Assembly: GCF_035084215.1 (NCBI RefSeq)
Contig: NC_090336.1
Span: 51,832,001-51,896,000, forward strand
Direction of reading: 5' to 3'
DNA: 64,000 nt
Source of the DNA: Heptranchias perlo
Taxonomy: Eukaryota
Shown piece by piece: positions 63,436-64,000 of this stretch; the first letter of the stretch is position 1; each line of letters opens with the position of its first letter. The position numbers and the translations under genes were made by a program. The notes beneath the pieces were generated by a model. The model searched no databases. It saw nothing but the letters and a program-made list of their open reading frames with translations, and had not been told where the DNA came from.

Positions 63436-64000
63436 CTGCGTGCTGTTGCTGCATTGACAGGTAAATCCTAAATCAGAATCACAAGATCTGCTAGCATCCA
63501 CAGTCTGTTATATATGCAAATCCAATTGATTTAAACTCCAACGTTCCTCCACAGGCTCTGTGCTTGGAAACTCCTGTTCTAAACCGTTTGTATAATTACC
63601 TTCACCCTTTGATATAATACAAGGATTGGGTTAGTATTTAGTATGTATGGAAGGTTGACAGGTGTGTACTAAATTGAAGTTGACGTTCACTAACCAACTA
63701 CTACTTCAGAGCAGCTGATGATCAACAGCCTGAATTACCTAAGGTGCAACTAAAATGGATTACAGTTCAACGGCTGTTTCTATGAATGTAGTCTTCTAAT
63801 TAATGTGACTGTGCTTTTGACACCTAATTTTCATTAACATTTTTTACCAATTTTTGAATACAAAAGGGACAAGCAACTCACATAAAAATAGTCAGATGAC
63901 TTAGCAAACTGGCATCCTAGATTACATTGTACAATCAATGTAAAATAATTAAAATTTCTTAAATGATCGTTCTGGTATTGCTGCGCCTGTACCTTTTAAC

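Overview
This is a eukaryotic, repeat-dense window. The repeat families (CR1 LINEs with an esterase ORF1, L2, a Deu-domain tRNA-SINE, Penelope, PIF/Harbinger MITEs) suggest a cartilaginous fish such as a shark; that is an inference. Most of it looks like intron of a large minus-strand gene. The only well-supported host exon is a 96-bp phase-1/phase-1 EGF exon at 18667-18762 ([32 protein letters not shown]), NELL-family-like and closest to NELL1 as I recall it. Almost all ORF-track entries are transposon fragments or noise. Four structures stand out. (1) A Penelope-like element with GIY-YIG, an inverted arm and minimal hammerhead ribozymes, plus three 165-280 bp non-coding hairpin derivatives with the same end geometry and about 12-bp target-site duplications (TSDs). 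(2) A CR1 element with about 29 tandem 62-bp 5' monomers, an open esterase ORF1 and an in-frame deletion of most of ORF2. (3) A three-level nest of MITE > solo LTR > Penelope. (4) A G-rich polarised minisatellite. Boundaries of decayed repeats and all copy counts were read by eye and are approximate.
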